A stretch of DNA of 64,000 nucleotides from Clostridia bacterium (lineage in GTDB: Bacteria > Bacillota > Clostridia > Oscillospirales > SIG627): the NCBI GenBank assembly GCA_017414535.1, contig JAFQMA010000045.1, positions 3,054 through 67,053 of the forward strand. Direction: 5' to 3'. The first letter of the stretch is position 1, and every line of letters starts with the position of its first letter. A model generated the notes under the pieces. That model was not told the origin of the DNA, ran no database searches, and saw nothing but the letters and a program-made list of their open reading frames with translations. The translations under genes and the position numbers were made by a program. Shown here piece after piece: positions 25,445-35,778 of the stretch.

Positions 25445-26500
25445 TTAATAGACGGATTCCGGTGTGACCATGTCCCAATATTCGGAGTATTCTACCTTGA
25501 TATCCTTTCCCTTTTCCCGATACAGGCGGTAGAAAACGTCGTCGTAAGCACCGGAATGCCATTCGTTATAGGAATCGGTATAGCCGAACAGTGCCGTGTC
25601 GCGGTTCTCCAGCATCCTTACCTCCCGCATCTCCACGCGGCGGATCAGGTACAGTCCCGTCTCTCCCGCCGTGGGCTCGGACACCTCGCCGACCGCCAGT
25701 GCGCGGCTCGTCTCATACAGAACGTCCTCCGCCTGACCCTCGGTGATGTAATAACCGTCGGGATAATCGCCCATGCGCTCGTCCTTACCGTATTTCAGCA
25801 CCAGCTCCCAGAAATCCTCCCCTGCAGAGAGCTTATCCTGCACGGCCTTGATCTCTGCCATCGTCTTTTCGTGGGAGGTCCTGTTCTCGCCCTCGGCGTA
25901 GGGGATAAAGATCTGCTGCACCGCCAGATAGTGCTGACGGTAATATTCCAGGAATTCCTCGTCGGTAAAGGCGGCCGCGCCACCCTCGCCGAAGAGCGTG
26001 TTAAAGAGCTTTTTGTAAAGGGCGGCGTATTCCATCATGGAGCGATAAAGCCCCTCGGTCATGTAAGATTTTTCGAGCTCCGCCGCAACCGCCTCATCGC
26101 CGCCGCTCAGCTCTGCGATCTGGTCCAGCTGCTCCTGCACGGCCTTCCTTTCGTCCTCGCTCAGAGAGACCTTGTGCTCCGCGGCCAGCTGACGGACGGA
26201 ATACACGTCCAGCAGGACCTGCAGGATCTCCTGCTTTAAGGTCTCGTTTGCCCCGTCCTTCTTGAAGTGGTCGGGATCTTCCTTCAGATAAGAGTCGCGG
26301 TAATTCAGGTAATAATAGCGAAATTCCGTAAAGGATACGGTTTTTCCGTCAAAGCTGAGAAAATTCTCGGGGAACAGATCTCCCTCGCTTAAACGGAGCC
26401 CCCCCGCACGTCCGGGATCGATGCTTTCTTCCTTCGCTGAGCAGGCGCACAGGGAGAGAAGGGTAAGCAGAGCCAAAAGAAATGCAACGGTTCTTTTCAT
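25445..26500 (-). CDS. PrsA/SurA-like lipoprotein with a (degenerate) PpiC parvulin domain
   Basis: The lipobox is LSLCA-C (MKRTVAFLLALLTLLSLCAC). The C-terminal half (...DKLSAGEDFWELVLKYGKDE...GYYITEGQ...VGEVSEP..GETGLYLIRR) resembles a parvulin PPIase fold. Confidence 0.6.
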   Translation of the reverse strand: MKRTVAFLLALLTLLSLCACSAKEESIDPGRAGGLRLSEGDLFPENFLSFDGKTVSFTEFRYYYLNYRDSYLKEDPDHFKKDGANETLKQEILQVLLDVYSVRQLAAEHKVSLSEDERKAVQEQLDQIAELSGGDEAVAAELEKSYMTEGLYRSMMEYAALYKKLFNTLFGEGGAAAFTDEEFLEYYRQHYLAVQQIFIPYAEGENRTSHEKTMAEIKAVQDKLSAGEDFWELVLKYGKDERMGDYPDGYYITEGQAEDVLYETSRALAVGEVSEPTAGETGLYLIRRVEMREVRMLENRDTALFGYTDSYNEWHSGAYDDVFYRLYREKGKDIKVEYSEYWDMVTPESVY

Positions 26501-26662
26501 ATCATACCATGCCTTTTTTATTACTTTATTTCTATGATAACGGGTAATTGTGAAGGAATAATGAAATCCGAGAAAAAATTGTGTGCGGTCGGAAAAAGGC
26601 TTTTGTCAGCTTTTGACAAAAGAAGAAGCTTTTGCACAAAGCGTGACAGTACTTGATTTTTT

Positions 26663-28588
26663 TTGACCGCTGTGATAGAATGGGCTGGAATACGAAAGAA
26701 AGGGGGGAGATATGCCTTGGAGGATAAGAACGAAAAAAAAACTCGAGAAGAGGGACACCACGTTCGTCGCCGTGCCGTCAGAGAGCCCGGCAAGATCTCG
26801 ACCGGAACGGAAAAGCCGGCCTTTGAAAAGGAAAAGGATCTGTTCCGCCGCCGCAGTCTCCGCCGTCATTATGCCGCCTTCCGTCGCGGCGGTCTTGGTA
26901 TTACGGACTCTCTGTTCAATGCCTTTTATATCATCCTGACGGAGCGCAGTCTTGAAAAAGAGCAAAAGCGTGCAGAAAAGAGTGGAAAAGCCGCCGCTGC
27001 CGAAATGAATCTCATGGAGCATCACGCAGGAGGACTTCGCTTCCTGTCCTCCGTTCTGGTGAGATTCAGAGGCTTCTTTTCCGCCGTTGCCAATTTCTTT
27101 CTCGCTCCCTGGAAGGGAAAGCGAGAGGGAAGCCGTACCCACCGCAACATGTGGTGGTTTTTAAAACAGAATCTGGCCTATCTGGTCGTTTTTCTCTTAA
27201 CGGTGGCTGCAGGCATTTATGCCTACGCCACTCTGTCAGTGCCTGTGGTGCTTCGCGCGGAGATCGGCGGTAAGCCCCTGGGCGTGGTGGAAAGCGTCAA
27301 CGTGGTGGACAGTGCCATCAACGAGCTGGAGGACAATGTAGAGCGCATCCTCGGCAAGAGCTTTCACTTCCCCCATGAGATCCGTTATACCTTCGTGCGC
27401 CAGCGGGAGGATACCCTGACGCCAAAGGCTGAGATCAGCGATGCCCTGTACGGCTATGTGCAGGATTCCATCACCACTGCCGCAGGTCTCTACGTGGACG
27501 ACGTCCTCGTGGCCATTTGCGAAAGTGAGGAGGCCATCCGCGAACGGCTGGATTATTTTATTGCCGCTTCGGGAAAGGGCCTGGAATCGGGCATTTTCAA
27601 TGAGATCAGCATCGTCACGCAGGCCTATCCCACCGATAAGGTGGTCTCTACCGATACCCTTGCCATCATGCTGCAGGAAATGAGCATTCCCCTGGAAGAC
27701 AGAAAGAAGGATCCCGATCCCGATATCTCCGTTATTCCGGGTCTGCCTTCCGTTCCGGAGAAGGATGAAGAGGAGGAGACGGTGCCTGCCATGGTGCTCA
27801 TCGCAGATACGCAGTATCTGTCTCAGACCTCCAATACTCCTCTGTCCAATCAGCCGCAGTCCTACGAGGACATCAAGCTCGATCTCTATACCGTCAAGAC
27901 GCAGGTCTATGACGATATCATTCCCTATCGCACCGAATACCAAGAAAGCAGTCAGCATTATACCTCCATGGCTGACGTGACTACCGTAGGCCGCAACGGT
28001 CTTGCCACCGTGGAGGCAAAGATCTATTACGTTAACGGCAAGGTGGCCAAGCGTGAGATCCTGAGCCGTGAGGTGAAAAAGGAGCCCGTCACCTGCGTTA
28101 TTTCCGTAGGCACCAAGCTTTTGCCCGAGGAGATCGGCATCCGTAGCTTTACCACGGGTCTGGGTCGCTTCATCGTGCCCCGTGTTGGCTTTGTCTATTC
28201 CTATTACGGCCCCCGTGAGGACGGTTACCACCGCGGCTGGGATATTCCCGGCAACGAGGGGGATAATCTCTACGCCGCCGCCAGCGGCACCGTTGTTGTG
28301 GCCATCGGTCAGGACGGATATTTTTCCAACCGTCCCAGCAACTACTATACCGGCTACGGGTATTGCGTGGTCATTGAGCACGAAAACGGCTTTTCTACCA
28401 TGTACGCCCATTGCAGTAAGATCAACGTGACCCTGGGACAAAAGGTCAAGCAAGGAGAAAAGATCGCCGAGGTGGGGAACACGGGTGTTTCCGAAGGAAA
28501 CCACGTACATTTCGAGATCATGCGAGGAAATACCAAGGTGGATCCGCAGGCCTATCTCTACCGCGGTGATGCCACTATTTACGATTGA
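26663..28588 (+). CDS. Membrane-anchored M23 (LytM) metallopeptidase with a G5 domain
   Basis: C-terminal M23 motifs are HRGWDI, ...YAAASGTV... and NTGVSEGNHVHFEI. The G5-like block is TTVGRNGLATVEAKIYYVNGKVAKREILSREVKKEPVTCVISVGTK. There is one transmembrane helix (LAYLVVFLLTVAAGIYAY). The start is uncertain; TTG 26717 follows GGGGAGA. Confidence 0.85.
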   Translation: MTAVIEWAGIRKKGGRYALEDKNEKKTREEGHHVRRRAVREPGKISTGTEKPAFEKEKDLFRRRSLRRHYAAFRRGGLGITDSLFNAFYIILTERSLEKEQKRAEKSGKAAAAEMNLMEHHAGGLRFLSSVLVRFRGFFSAVANFFLAPWKGKREGSRTHRNMWWFLKQNLAYLVVFLLTVAAGIYAYATLSVPVVLRAEIGGKPLGVVESVNVVDSAINELEDNVERILGKSFHFPHEIRYTFVRQREDTLTPKAEISDALYGYVQDSITTAAGLYVDDVLVAICESEEAIRERLDYFIAASGKGLESGIFNEISIVTQAYPTDKVVSTDTLAIMLQEMSIPLEDRKKDPDPDISVIPGLPSVPEKDEEEETVPAMVLIADTQYLSQTSNTPLSNQPQSYEDIKLDLYTVKTQVYDDIIPYRTEYQESSQHYTSMADVTTVGRNGLATVEAKIYYVNGKVAKREILSREVKKEPVTCVISVGTKLLPEEIGIRSFTTGLGRFIVPRVGFVYSYYGPREDGYHRGWDIPGNEGDNLYAAASGTVVVAIGQDGYFSNRPSNYYTGYGYCVVIEHENGFSTMYAHCSKINVTLGQKVKQGEKIAEVGNTGVSEGNHVHFEIMRGNTKVDPQAYLYRGDATIYD

Positions 28589-28614
28589 TGTTATTCCGAA
28601 GGAAGGAAATCCTT

Positions 28615-29943
28615 ATGAAAAAAAGAGATCTGTTTCGCGTAGGCCTTTTGCTTTCGCTTCTGTGCCTGCTGACCATCTGCGCCATCTCCTGCGGAGCAGG
28701 GGAGAACGCTCCCGCAACCACCGCCCCCGAGGCACCCGCATCGGAGGAGCCGAGCTTTGAGCCCACCCCCGAGGTAACGGAGCCCTACGTGGTGGATACC
28801 GCCTCCGTAGGCGTCATCGGTGACATTCTTATCCACGAGACCAATTATAATTCCGCTCGCCGTGCCGACGGCACCTACGACTTTACCGAAAACTATACGC
28901 TGGTGCAGCCCTATCTTTCCAAGTACGATTACACCGTGGCAAATCTCGAGGTCACCCTGGGCGGCGAAAAGCCCGCGGTGGGCAGATACCCCTCCGCCTA
29001 CCCTCTGTTTAACTGTCCCGACAGCATCGTGGATGCGCTCAAGGGCGCAGGCGTGGATCTGCTTCTCACCGCCAATAACCACAGCTATGATACCCGTACC
29101 GCAGGCATGCTCCGTACCGTACAGGTGGTGCGCGATAAAGGCTTGGAGTATCTTGGCACGAGAGACGATCTGAACGAAAGCTTTTACAAGGTCAAGGATC
29201 TGAACGGCATCAAGATCGGCATGGCCTGCTTTACCTATTCCACCGTCAGTTCCTCCGGTGTGAAGGCCCTGAACGGCATTACCATGGATCGGGATGCCGG
29301 CCCCTACGTTTCCAGCTTTGCCTATAACCGTCTGGACGAGTTTTATGCCGAGGCGGAGAAGGCCATTGCCGAAATGAAGCAGGGCGGCGCCGAATTTATC
29401 ATGTTCTATCTCCATTGGGGAGACGAATACCGCTATAGCCCCAACACCTATCAAAAGACCATTGCCGCCAAGCTCTGTGAGCTGGGAGTGGATGTGATCG
29501 TGGGCGGCCATCCTCATGTGATCCAGCCCTTTGAGACCATTACCGCCCCCAACGGCAACGAGACCCTTTGCATCTATTCCACCGGCAACGCTATTTCCAA
29601 CCAGAGAAAATTCTTGATGGACAGCGACAATTACAGCGGTCATACCGAGGACGGCATGATCTTCGGCGTCACCTTTGAGCGCTGGAGCGACGGCAAGGTG
29701 CGTCTTTCCGAGGTGAATATTGAGCCCCTTTGGGTCACCCGTGAGCCCGAGGGCGGCCGTCAGGTCTATCGTATCATTCCCTTGGATCTTGCCGTTTCCG
29801 ATTGGCACAGCTTTGCGCTGGACGATCGTCTCGTAGCCGATGCCAAGGCAAGCTATAACCGCACCATGGCACTGGTGGGCACGGGGCTGAACGCCGCCCG
29901 CGAAAAGCTGGGTCTGGCCCCTGTTCCCGTCACCGTTTCATAA
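28615..29943 (+). CDS. CapA/PGA_cap-family metallophosphatase-like lipoprotein
   Basis: ATG 28615 follows GAAGGAAGGA. The lipobox-like signal is LLTICAISCG. IGDILIHE...ANLEVTLGG...LLTANNHSYD...GGHPHVIQP matches the CapA family. Confidence 0.85.
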   Translation: MKKRDLFRVGLLLSLLCLLTICAISCGAGENAPATTAPEAPASEEPSFEPTPEVTEPYVVDTASVGVIGDILIHETNYNSARRADGTYDFTENYTLVQPYLSKYDYTVANLEVTLGGEKPAVGRYPSAYPLFNCPDSIVDALKGAGVDLLLTANNHSYDTRTAGMLRTVQVVRDKGLEYLGTRDDLNESFYKVKDLNGIKIGMACFTYSTVSSSGVKALNGITMDRDAGPYVSSFAYNRLDEFYAEAEKAIAEMKQGGAEFIMFYLHWGDEYRYSPNTYQKTIAAKLCELGVDVIVGGHPHVIQPFETITAPNGNETLCIYSTGNAISNQRKFLMDSDNYSGHTEDGMIFGVTFERWSDGKVRLSEVNIEPLWVTREPEGGRQVYRIIPLDLAVSDWHSFALDDRLVADAKASYNRTMALVGTGLNAAREKLGLAPVPVTVS

Positions 29944-29948
29944 GGACC

Positions 29949-29977
29949 GATCCCATCGCTCTGCGGTGGGATCTTTT
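29949..29977 (+). terminator. Rho-independent terminator
   Basis: GATCCCATCGC-TCT-GCGGTGGGATC forms an 11-bp stem with one G-U pair, followed by TTTT. Confidence 0.6.
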
Positions 29978-30000
29978 ATAAAAGAGAGGAGGAAAAAAGC

Positions 30001-31521
30001 ATGAAATCCGTGCCGCGCTTTCCTTCTCTCTTTTTCCGTCAGTATCTCAATTGCCTTTCCGTTTCCTTCTTGGCGGCAGTGGTGTTGCTTCTCCTTTGCG
30101 AACAGGCTCCGCTTTCGGTGCTTGCGGCGGTCGTTGGCGCTCTTGCCCTGCTGCTGACAGCGGCTTTTCAAAAGCTGCGCTATCATCGTATCGCTTTACT
30201 TTTTGCTGCCTTCGGCATCGCTCTGGCTCTTCTTGCCGTAGGTTCCCGCTCCCTCAAAGCGGAGCTGGCCGTCAAGGCCTCTCAAGGAGAAGGGGAGTGC
30301 ACGGGGTACGTAACGCACGTGGATGAGGACGGCTTCGATCTGAAGACCACCTCTCTGCAGGGAAAGACGAAATTTGTCAAAATTCGGGTCTGTAGCGAGG
30401 AGAAGCCGCGCTTTGGCGACCGTGTTTGCCTGACTCTTTCCGAGGCCCGTGCGGCAGACGGCGCCGCGGCGAGCGAGGGCGTTGTGCTCCTTGCCGAGGG
30501 AGAGGACGTGGTGCGACTTTCCTCCTCCGTGCTCCTCTCCCTTGTGGGAGATCTTCGCACGTATCTGACGCAAGTCTTCGGGGAAGGGGAGACGGGCACC
30601 TTTTTGTCTGCCATCCTGCTGGGAGAGCGCTCGGGTCTTCCCGCCTCGCTTTCCGAGGCCTTCCGTCGCACGGCCTCCTCTCATCTCTTGGCCATATCGG
30701 GACTTCACGTGACCACCATCATGGGCTTTTTGTATTTTGCTGCCCGCGCATTCCGTATAGATCGGCGCGCCGTTAACGGGATCGCCGTCCCCACCGTGCT
30801 TTTGCTGATCCTGCTCACGGGTCTTTCCGTTTCCGTGATCCGCGCAGGCGTGATGATGCTCATGACCCTCCTTGCCTATTTTTCACGACGCAAGAGCGAT
30901 CCGACGACGGCACTTTTTCTGGCGGCCCTGCTGATCGTGCTTTGGGAGCCCCGTGCCGTCTTTTCCGCCTCATTTCTGCTTTCTTTCCTGTCCACTCTTT
31001 CCATCCTCACCGTCAGCGCACCGCTTTCCGCTTATCTTGAAAGCCTTTTGGGCGGGAAGAAGACAAAAGGGACTTGGGAGAGGCTTCTGATGCGGCTTTG
31101 TGCGTTGTTTCTCCTTCCCGTGCTCATGGCGGCGGCCTCGTTTCTTTTTACCCTTCCCGTGCAATTCTTGCTTTTCGAGGAGACCTGCCTCCTTGCGCCG
31201 ATCTACGCCGTCATTCTGATCCCGCTGTTTGCACCCTGTCTGGTGTTGGGACTTCTTTGGGCGGTCCTTTCCGCCGTGCCCGCCGTTTCCTTTGCTGTGG
31301 GCTTTGCCGCCCGCGGCTATTCCGCCTTTTTTCTCTTTTTGACCCGCTCCCTTTCTGCTGCTGCACCGGAGCCCGCCGCCGTGGGTGCGTGGGGTCTGCC
31401 TCTTGCACTGTTCTGCAGTGCCGCATTGCTCTTTTTTATGATCGTGCGCGCACCCTTGAGCCGCTTTTATTACGCTTATCCCGCGCTTTTTCTGATCTGT
31501 CTTGTCTGCGCTGCTTTTTGA
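30001..31521 (+). CDS. comEC: ComEC/Rec2-family membrane protein (competence domain only, no metallo-beta-lactamase domain)
   Basis: ...AFRRTASSHLLAISGLHVTTIMGFLYF... is the ComEC signature. The protein is polytopic. Confidence 0.8.
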   Translation: MKSVPRFPSLFFRQYLNCLSVSFLAAVVLLLLCEQAPLSVLAAVVGALALLLTAAFQKLRYHRIALLFAAFGIALALLAVGSRSLKAELAVKASQGEGECTGYVTHVDEDGFDLKTTSLQGKTKFVKIRVCSEEKPRFGDRVCLTLSEARAADGAAASEGVVLLAEGEDVVRLSSSVLLSLVGDLRTYLTQVFGEGETGTFLSAILLGERSGLPASLSEAFRRTASSHLLAISGLHVTTIMGFLYFAARAFRIDRRAVNGIAVPTVLLLILLTGLSVSVIRAGVMMLMTLLAYFSRRKSDPTTALFLAALLIVLWEPRAVFSASFLLSFLSTLSILTVSAPLSAYLESLLGGKKTKGTWERLLMRLCALFLLPVLMAAASFLFTLPVQFLLFEETCLLAPIYAVILIPLFAPCLVLGLLWAVLSAVPAVSFAVGFAARGYSAFFLFLTRSLSAAAPEPAAVGAWGLPLALFCSAALLFFMIVRAPLSRFYYAYPALFLICLVCAAF

Positions 31522-31648
31522 ATGAAAAAAACGAAAAAAAACATCAAAAAACGAGCGCATTGTGCACAATTTGTAAACGGCGATTTCAGTCAAAGTGCTG
31601 AAATGTATCAAAAAAAGGGAAAGAACTGCAAATCCGCGTTTTTTTCTC

Positions 31649-31677
31649 TTGCAAAACACACGGAAAAACTGTATAAT
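31649..31677 (+). promoter_or_regulatory. sigma-A promoter for paralog 1
   Basis: TTGCAA (31649-31654), a 17-nt spacer, then TATAAT (31672-31677). Confidence 0.5.
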
Positions 31678-31736
31678 GATGATAACTTAGTATGGGTAAA
31701 AGTATATCCATGCGAGCATTCATAGGAGGTTCTCCC

Positions 31737-34700
31737 ATGTTGAAAAACAAAAACTTACTGAAAGGTATCACCGCGCTCGTGGCATTCGTTTTGGTGCTGG
31801 GTGTCGGCGTGCTGCTCCATACCGTGGCAGCTTCCGACAACCTTATCCTTTACGTCTCCACCTACGGTGATAACACCAACGGAAAGGATGAGGCGACTGC
31901 CTTCAAAACGCTGAAGGATGCAACCATTGCTCTTCGCGATATGAAGCTTTCTCCCTCCACAAACGTAACCCTCATTGTTGTAGATAAGTGCTACACCACC
32001 GAGGGTAATACGGATGCAGGTCAGGAAATGGACGGAGTTCGCGTATACGACTCCGAGGGCAATAAAAAGCTCATCACCATTACCTCCCTCAATACGGATA
32101 ATGCGGCCAACCGTTCGGAGATCCATCTGAATTATAAGCCCGATCCTTATCACATCGATAATCAGAACGTGCGTGTGGTGAACGATCTGGTGTTCAAGGA
32201 TATCAACATCGTTTCCGAGGTTGCCTCCGTTCAGGTCAGCGACAGCTCCGGCGGCAACACGCAGTACTGGGCTCAGAAGCGTATGTTCCTGCAGAACTCC
32301 AACGTCACCTTCGACGGCGTGGATTTCACCTTCTCCGATACCGGAAAGTGCCAGAGCTTTGATTTTATTTACACGGATTTCTATCATCCCGTCACCACCG
32401 ATAAGAACAACAACGACGCAACCTACCAGGGCGATCTGGAAGTGACCTTTATCGATTGTAACCTGGGCAATGCTCTTGTTACCCGCTCCAAGCCCATCCC
32501 CGGTGCCAACCTGAAGTATAACTTCATCAACACCACCCTGGGCGAATTTCGCGGCACCATGGCCAACTGCGGCGGCATCGAGGTCTATGCCGAGGGCACT
32601 ACCTTTAATAGCTTTTTCGTTCTCACCGGTAACAACAAGGGCCGTGTGATCTCCGGCCCCGTTAAGGGCGTCCTGAAGAATTGCATCAACAAGACCAATG
32701 TCTTTGCTACTGCAGGCACCATGGAGAGTGACGTTACTCTGGAGTACATCGGCGGCGATTGCACCGGTAACTTCATGATCACCCGTTCCGGCTACGCTAC
32801 CAGCGTTGCAGGCAAGACCACCGTCAACGTGAAGGATTCTCTCCTCCGCGGCGTGTTCAGCGGTCCTCAGGGCACCTTTAACGGCGTTGATGTGCTCGTT
32901 CAGAATTCCACCGGTCAGCGCAGCTTTAGTGCATCCTACTTCAATTTGGATTCCGCCACCACCATCAACGGTGACTATAACATCGTTCTGGACGGTGCAC
33001 AGTATCCCGTTGTCGCAGGCGATAGCGGCTATTTCCACGGTATCAGCGGCGTGACCGTCACCGGTGACTACAACATCACCATCAAGGGAGACACCCTCAT
33101 CGACGACCGCTTCTTCGGTACGAAGAATACCGGTACCAGCACCTCTTACCTCCCCGTTCTGGTGGAAGGCAAGATGACCGTGACTATGCTTGACGGCCGA
33201 ATCGATAACTATTTCGGCTTTGGCGGCGGTATTACCCCCGCTACCATCAAGGGTGGCCTTTACAACTACTTCTACGGCGGTGACTTCTCCAAGGGCGTGG
33301 GCTGGGCCATCTCCGGCGGCTCCTACGGCACCAATAAGTACACGCCCATCATCAATGCCGATATTACCAACGTTCTCCAGAACGGTCCCGACGGCAAGGG
33401 TGAAGGTCCTCTCTTCGGTGGTACCTGTAACTCCGCAGCCCGCGGCGTATTTGCCGGCGGTTGCCAGTTTGATGCCAAGCACACCGGTAATATTACCAAC
33501 TATCTCTATGGCGGCAGATTTACCAATCCCGCAGGCGGTATCAATGCCGGCGGCCATAACCCCACCAACTACGGTGACGTCACCACCTATATCGGCAAGG
33601 GCTTCTCTTGTCCCAAGTGGTTCTACGGCGGTACCAACTGCGGTACCGTGCACGGCAACGTTTCCGTTATTGCCGAGGATTGCTCCTTTGACGGTATCTT
33701 TTACGTTGCTCAGGCCGGCGGTAACATCTACGGTGACGTTTCCTTTACCATGAACGAAGGAACCGTCCTGAAGACCGGTCTCTACGGCATGGGAGCCGGC
33801 TACGTAACCGGTAATTTCTCCAGTACCTTCAACGGCGGCGAGATTCAGGGCACCGCTTCCTCCAACACCTATGTTCTCGGTACCGGTAAGGGTGTGACCG
33901 GTAACGTATACAACACTTTCAACGGCGGCACCTTCAATACCAACATGAATCTGTCCCACTCCACCCCCGTCACGGGTAACGTGTACAATGAGTACAACGG
34001 TGGTACCTTTACCTACGGTGTATACAATGCATCCATTCAGCCCGCCGGTATCGTAAAGGGTAATATCTACAACACCGTAAATGGCGGCGACTTTAAGAAG
34101 TCCTTCCATGGCGGCGGCTACCGCGGTGCTGTCGAAGGCGACATCATCAATGTATTCAATAATACGACGATGGCTGTTACCGCAAACGGCGGTCATGGCT
34201 CTACCTCCTCTACCCACGTTGGTAATATTTACAATACGATCAATAACACGGTATTCAAGAGCCATTTTGTAGCAGGTCACGCCGCCCTGAACGCTTCTTA
34301 TACCTCTAAGGTAAACGCTGACACCAAGGTCTACGGCGCCTCCTTTGGTAATACCCTCCAGACCGGTACCGCAAAGACCTCCTACCTGCTCCTTTCTCCC
34401 ACGCTTGGTGACATTACCCTGCAGAAGGCAAACTGCGTATACAATTTTGCCACTGCAAACATTACCGTTACCGGTGGCGAGCACTTCCTGAAGATGAACA
34501 GCGACGGAAAACTCAATGCAGGCATCTTTGAGGGCACTGCACCTCTTAAGGTATCTCAGATGCAGTCTTGGACCAACGGACACGAATACGTGATCCTGCC
34601 CGCTACGGCTCCTGCAAACGCATTCATCGCCTTCGCTGATTCCGCCTCCGTTACCGGTACCGCAACTCAGGTCAACGGCGCTTCTGCCGTGAAGCTTGTA

Positions 34701-35573
34701 GGCGGACAGGGCAACAGCGCTGTTATTCCTACGCTGGATGGCTACAGAATTTCCGTTGACAAGGATCTTTCCGTGATCTTTGAGGTCGATAAGACCGAGC
34801 TTGAAAACTTCATTAACGCAGGTTACACCTGGTCCTGCACCGTGAAGATCAAGGATCAGCAGAAGACCCTCACCTTCGAGAAGGCTTCCGATCTGGATTC
34901 CTTCACAGGTGAAAACGTGGTACTTGCCCTGACCGGCATTCTGGCCAACGATTATGACGAGTATATCACCATTTCCATCCCCGGCAGAGCTGACGTAAGC
35001 ACGACTGTCTTCACTCTGCTTGGCAATGCCGTGAAGGCGTCTGCCTCAGATCCCGATCTGCAGTACTTCTTGAAGGCCCTCCACAATTACGGCATTCAGA
35101 CCGAAAGATACTTTGACGGTGTTAACTGGACCGGTGCCTACGCAGGCGATATTTCCTACAGCGGCTCCTACAATGATGTTCCCGTTCTGAATGAGACCGC
35201 AGGCTACAGCTTCTACGGCTCCAGCCTTGCTATGGATCAGAAGGTTGCCCTCAACCTCTACCTGAAGGCTCCCTCCGCAGAGGGTCTCACCGCGAAGGTA
35301 TTCATCGGCGGTACCGAATACGCCGCAGCTGAACTTGTTACCAAGTCCATCTCCGACAACGATGCCTTCAATTACGGTGTATCTCTGAGCGTGCCCTTCA
35401 CCGATATGGATGAGATCTTTACCATCCGTATCTACAACGGCACCACCGAGGTCGCTTCCTACACCGGCTCCATTGCCGCCGTATGTAACGCATACGTGGA
35501 AGCAGATGCCGACTGCAAGGCTCTTGCCGAGGCAATTCTTGCTCTGGTCGAAGCTGCAGGCGCTCACTTCTAA
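31737..35573 (+). CDS. Very large secreted or membrane-anchored GG(T)F-repeat protein, predicted parallel beta-helix-like (paralog 1)
   Basis: ATG 31737 follows AGGAGG. The N-terminal signal/anchor is MLKNKNLLKGITALVAFVLVLGVGVLLHTVAAS. The core has many ~20-25-aa units such as YNTFNGGTFNTNMN, YNEYNGGTFTYGVYN, YNTVNGGDFKKSFHGGGYRG and YNYFYGGDFSKG. I see no LPXTG, SLH or dockerin motif. Minus-strand ORF 31755-34583 is an antisense shadow. Confidence 0.85.
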   Translation: MLKNKNLLKGITALVAFVLVLGVGVLLHTVAASDNLILYVSTYGDNTNGKDEATAFKTLKDATIALRDMKLSPSTNVTLIVVDKCYTTEGNTDAGQEMDGVRVYDSEGNKKLITITSLNTDNAANRSEIHLNYKPDPYHIDNQNVRVVNDLVFKDINIVSEVASVQVSDSSGGNTQYWAQKRMFLQNSNVTFDGVDFTFSDTGKCQSFDFIYTDFYHPVTTDKNNNDATYQGDLEVTFIDCNLGNALVTRSKPIPGANLKYNFINTTLGEFRGTMANCGGIEVYAEGTTFNSFFVLTGNNKGRVISGPVKGVLKNCINKTNVFATAGTMESDVTLEYIGGDCTGNFMITRSGYATSVAGKTTVNVKDSLLRGVFSGPQGTFNGVDVLVQNSTGQRSFSASYFNLDSATTINGDYNIVLDGAQYPVVAGDSGYFHGISGVTVTGDYNITIKGDTLIDDRFFGTKNTGTSTSYLPVLVEGKMTVTMLDGRIDNYFGFGGGITPATIKGGLYNYFYGGDFSKGVGWAISGGSYGTNKYTPIINADITNVLQNGPDGKGEGPLFGGTCNSAARGVFAGGCQFDAKHTGNITNYLYGGRFTNPAGGINAGGHNPTNYGDVTTYIGKGFSCPKWFYGGTNCGTVHGNVSVIAEDCSFDGIFYVAQAGGNIYGDVSFTMNEGTVLKTGLYGMGAGYVTGNFSSTFNGGEIQGTASSNTYVLGTGKGVTGNVYNTFNGGTFNTNMNLSHSTPVTGNVYNEYNGGTFTYGVYNASIQPAGIVKGNIYNTVNGGDFKKSFHGGGYRGAVEGDIINVFNNTTMAVTANGGHGSTSSTHVGNIYNTINNTVFKSHFVAGHAALNASYTSKVNADTKVYGASFGNTLQTGTAKTSYLLLSPTLGDITLQKANCVYNFATANITVTGGEHFLKMNSDGKLNAGIFEGTAPLKVSQMQSWTNGHEYVILPATAPANAFIAFADSASVTGTATQVNGASAVKLVGGQGNSAVIPTLDGYRISVDKDLSVIFEVDKTELENFINAGYTWSCTVKIKDQQKTLTFEKASDLDSFTGENVVLALTGILANDYDEYITISIPGRADVSTTVFTLLGNAVKASASDPDLQYFLKALHNYGIQTERYFDGVNWTGAYAGDISYSGSYNDVPVLNETAGYSFYGSSLAMDQKVALNLYLKAPSAEGLTAKVFIGGTEYAAAELVTKSISDNDAFNYGVSLSVPFTDMDEIFTIRIYNGTTEVASYTGSIAAVCNAYVEADADCKALAEAILALVEAAGAHF

Positions 35574-35583
35574 AATTAACTGA

Positions 35584-35617
35584 AAAAAACGAGGATCTTC
35601 GGATCCTCGTTTTTTTA
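35584..35617 (+). terminator. Rho-independent terminator of paralog 1
   Basis: AAAAAAACGAGGATC-TTCG-GATCCTCGTTTTTTT. Confidence 0.8.
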
Positions 35618-35698
35618 TCATCTCAGAGGGGTTGGATACACTATTTCTCATATATTGGTTTTTTTGTATAAAAAAATGGATTATTCTATGATTTTCTA

Positions 35699-35727
35699 TT
35701 GAACTGGAATGATAATTTTGCTATAAT
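35699..35727 (+). promoter_or_regulatory. sigma-A promoter for paralog 2
   Basis: TTGAAC (35699-35704), a 17-nt spacer, then TGcTATAAT (35722-35727). Confidence 0.5.
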
Positions 35728-35778
35728 ATCTCAACATAGATTGGGGATTGTACCAACCGGGCATTTGGAGGAATATTC

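Noticed and set aside
26712-26939. Alternative-frame 75-aa ORF starting at an ATG right after a GGGGGGAGA RBS-like sequence upstream of the M23 peptidase
   Set aside because: It is out of frame with the M23/G5 protein and has low-complexity Arg/Ser/Pro content. An in-frame TTG at 26717 uses the same RBS and continues into the real protein.
31755-34583. 942-aa minus-strand ORF inside giant paralog 1, and similar minus-strand ORFs at 38011-39150, 36559-37026 and 35917-36429 in paralog 2
   Set aside because: They are antisense to genes with a clear RBS, signal peptide and repeat structure. The composition is typical of reverse-frame GC-rich shadows and no start context is present.
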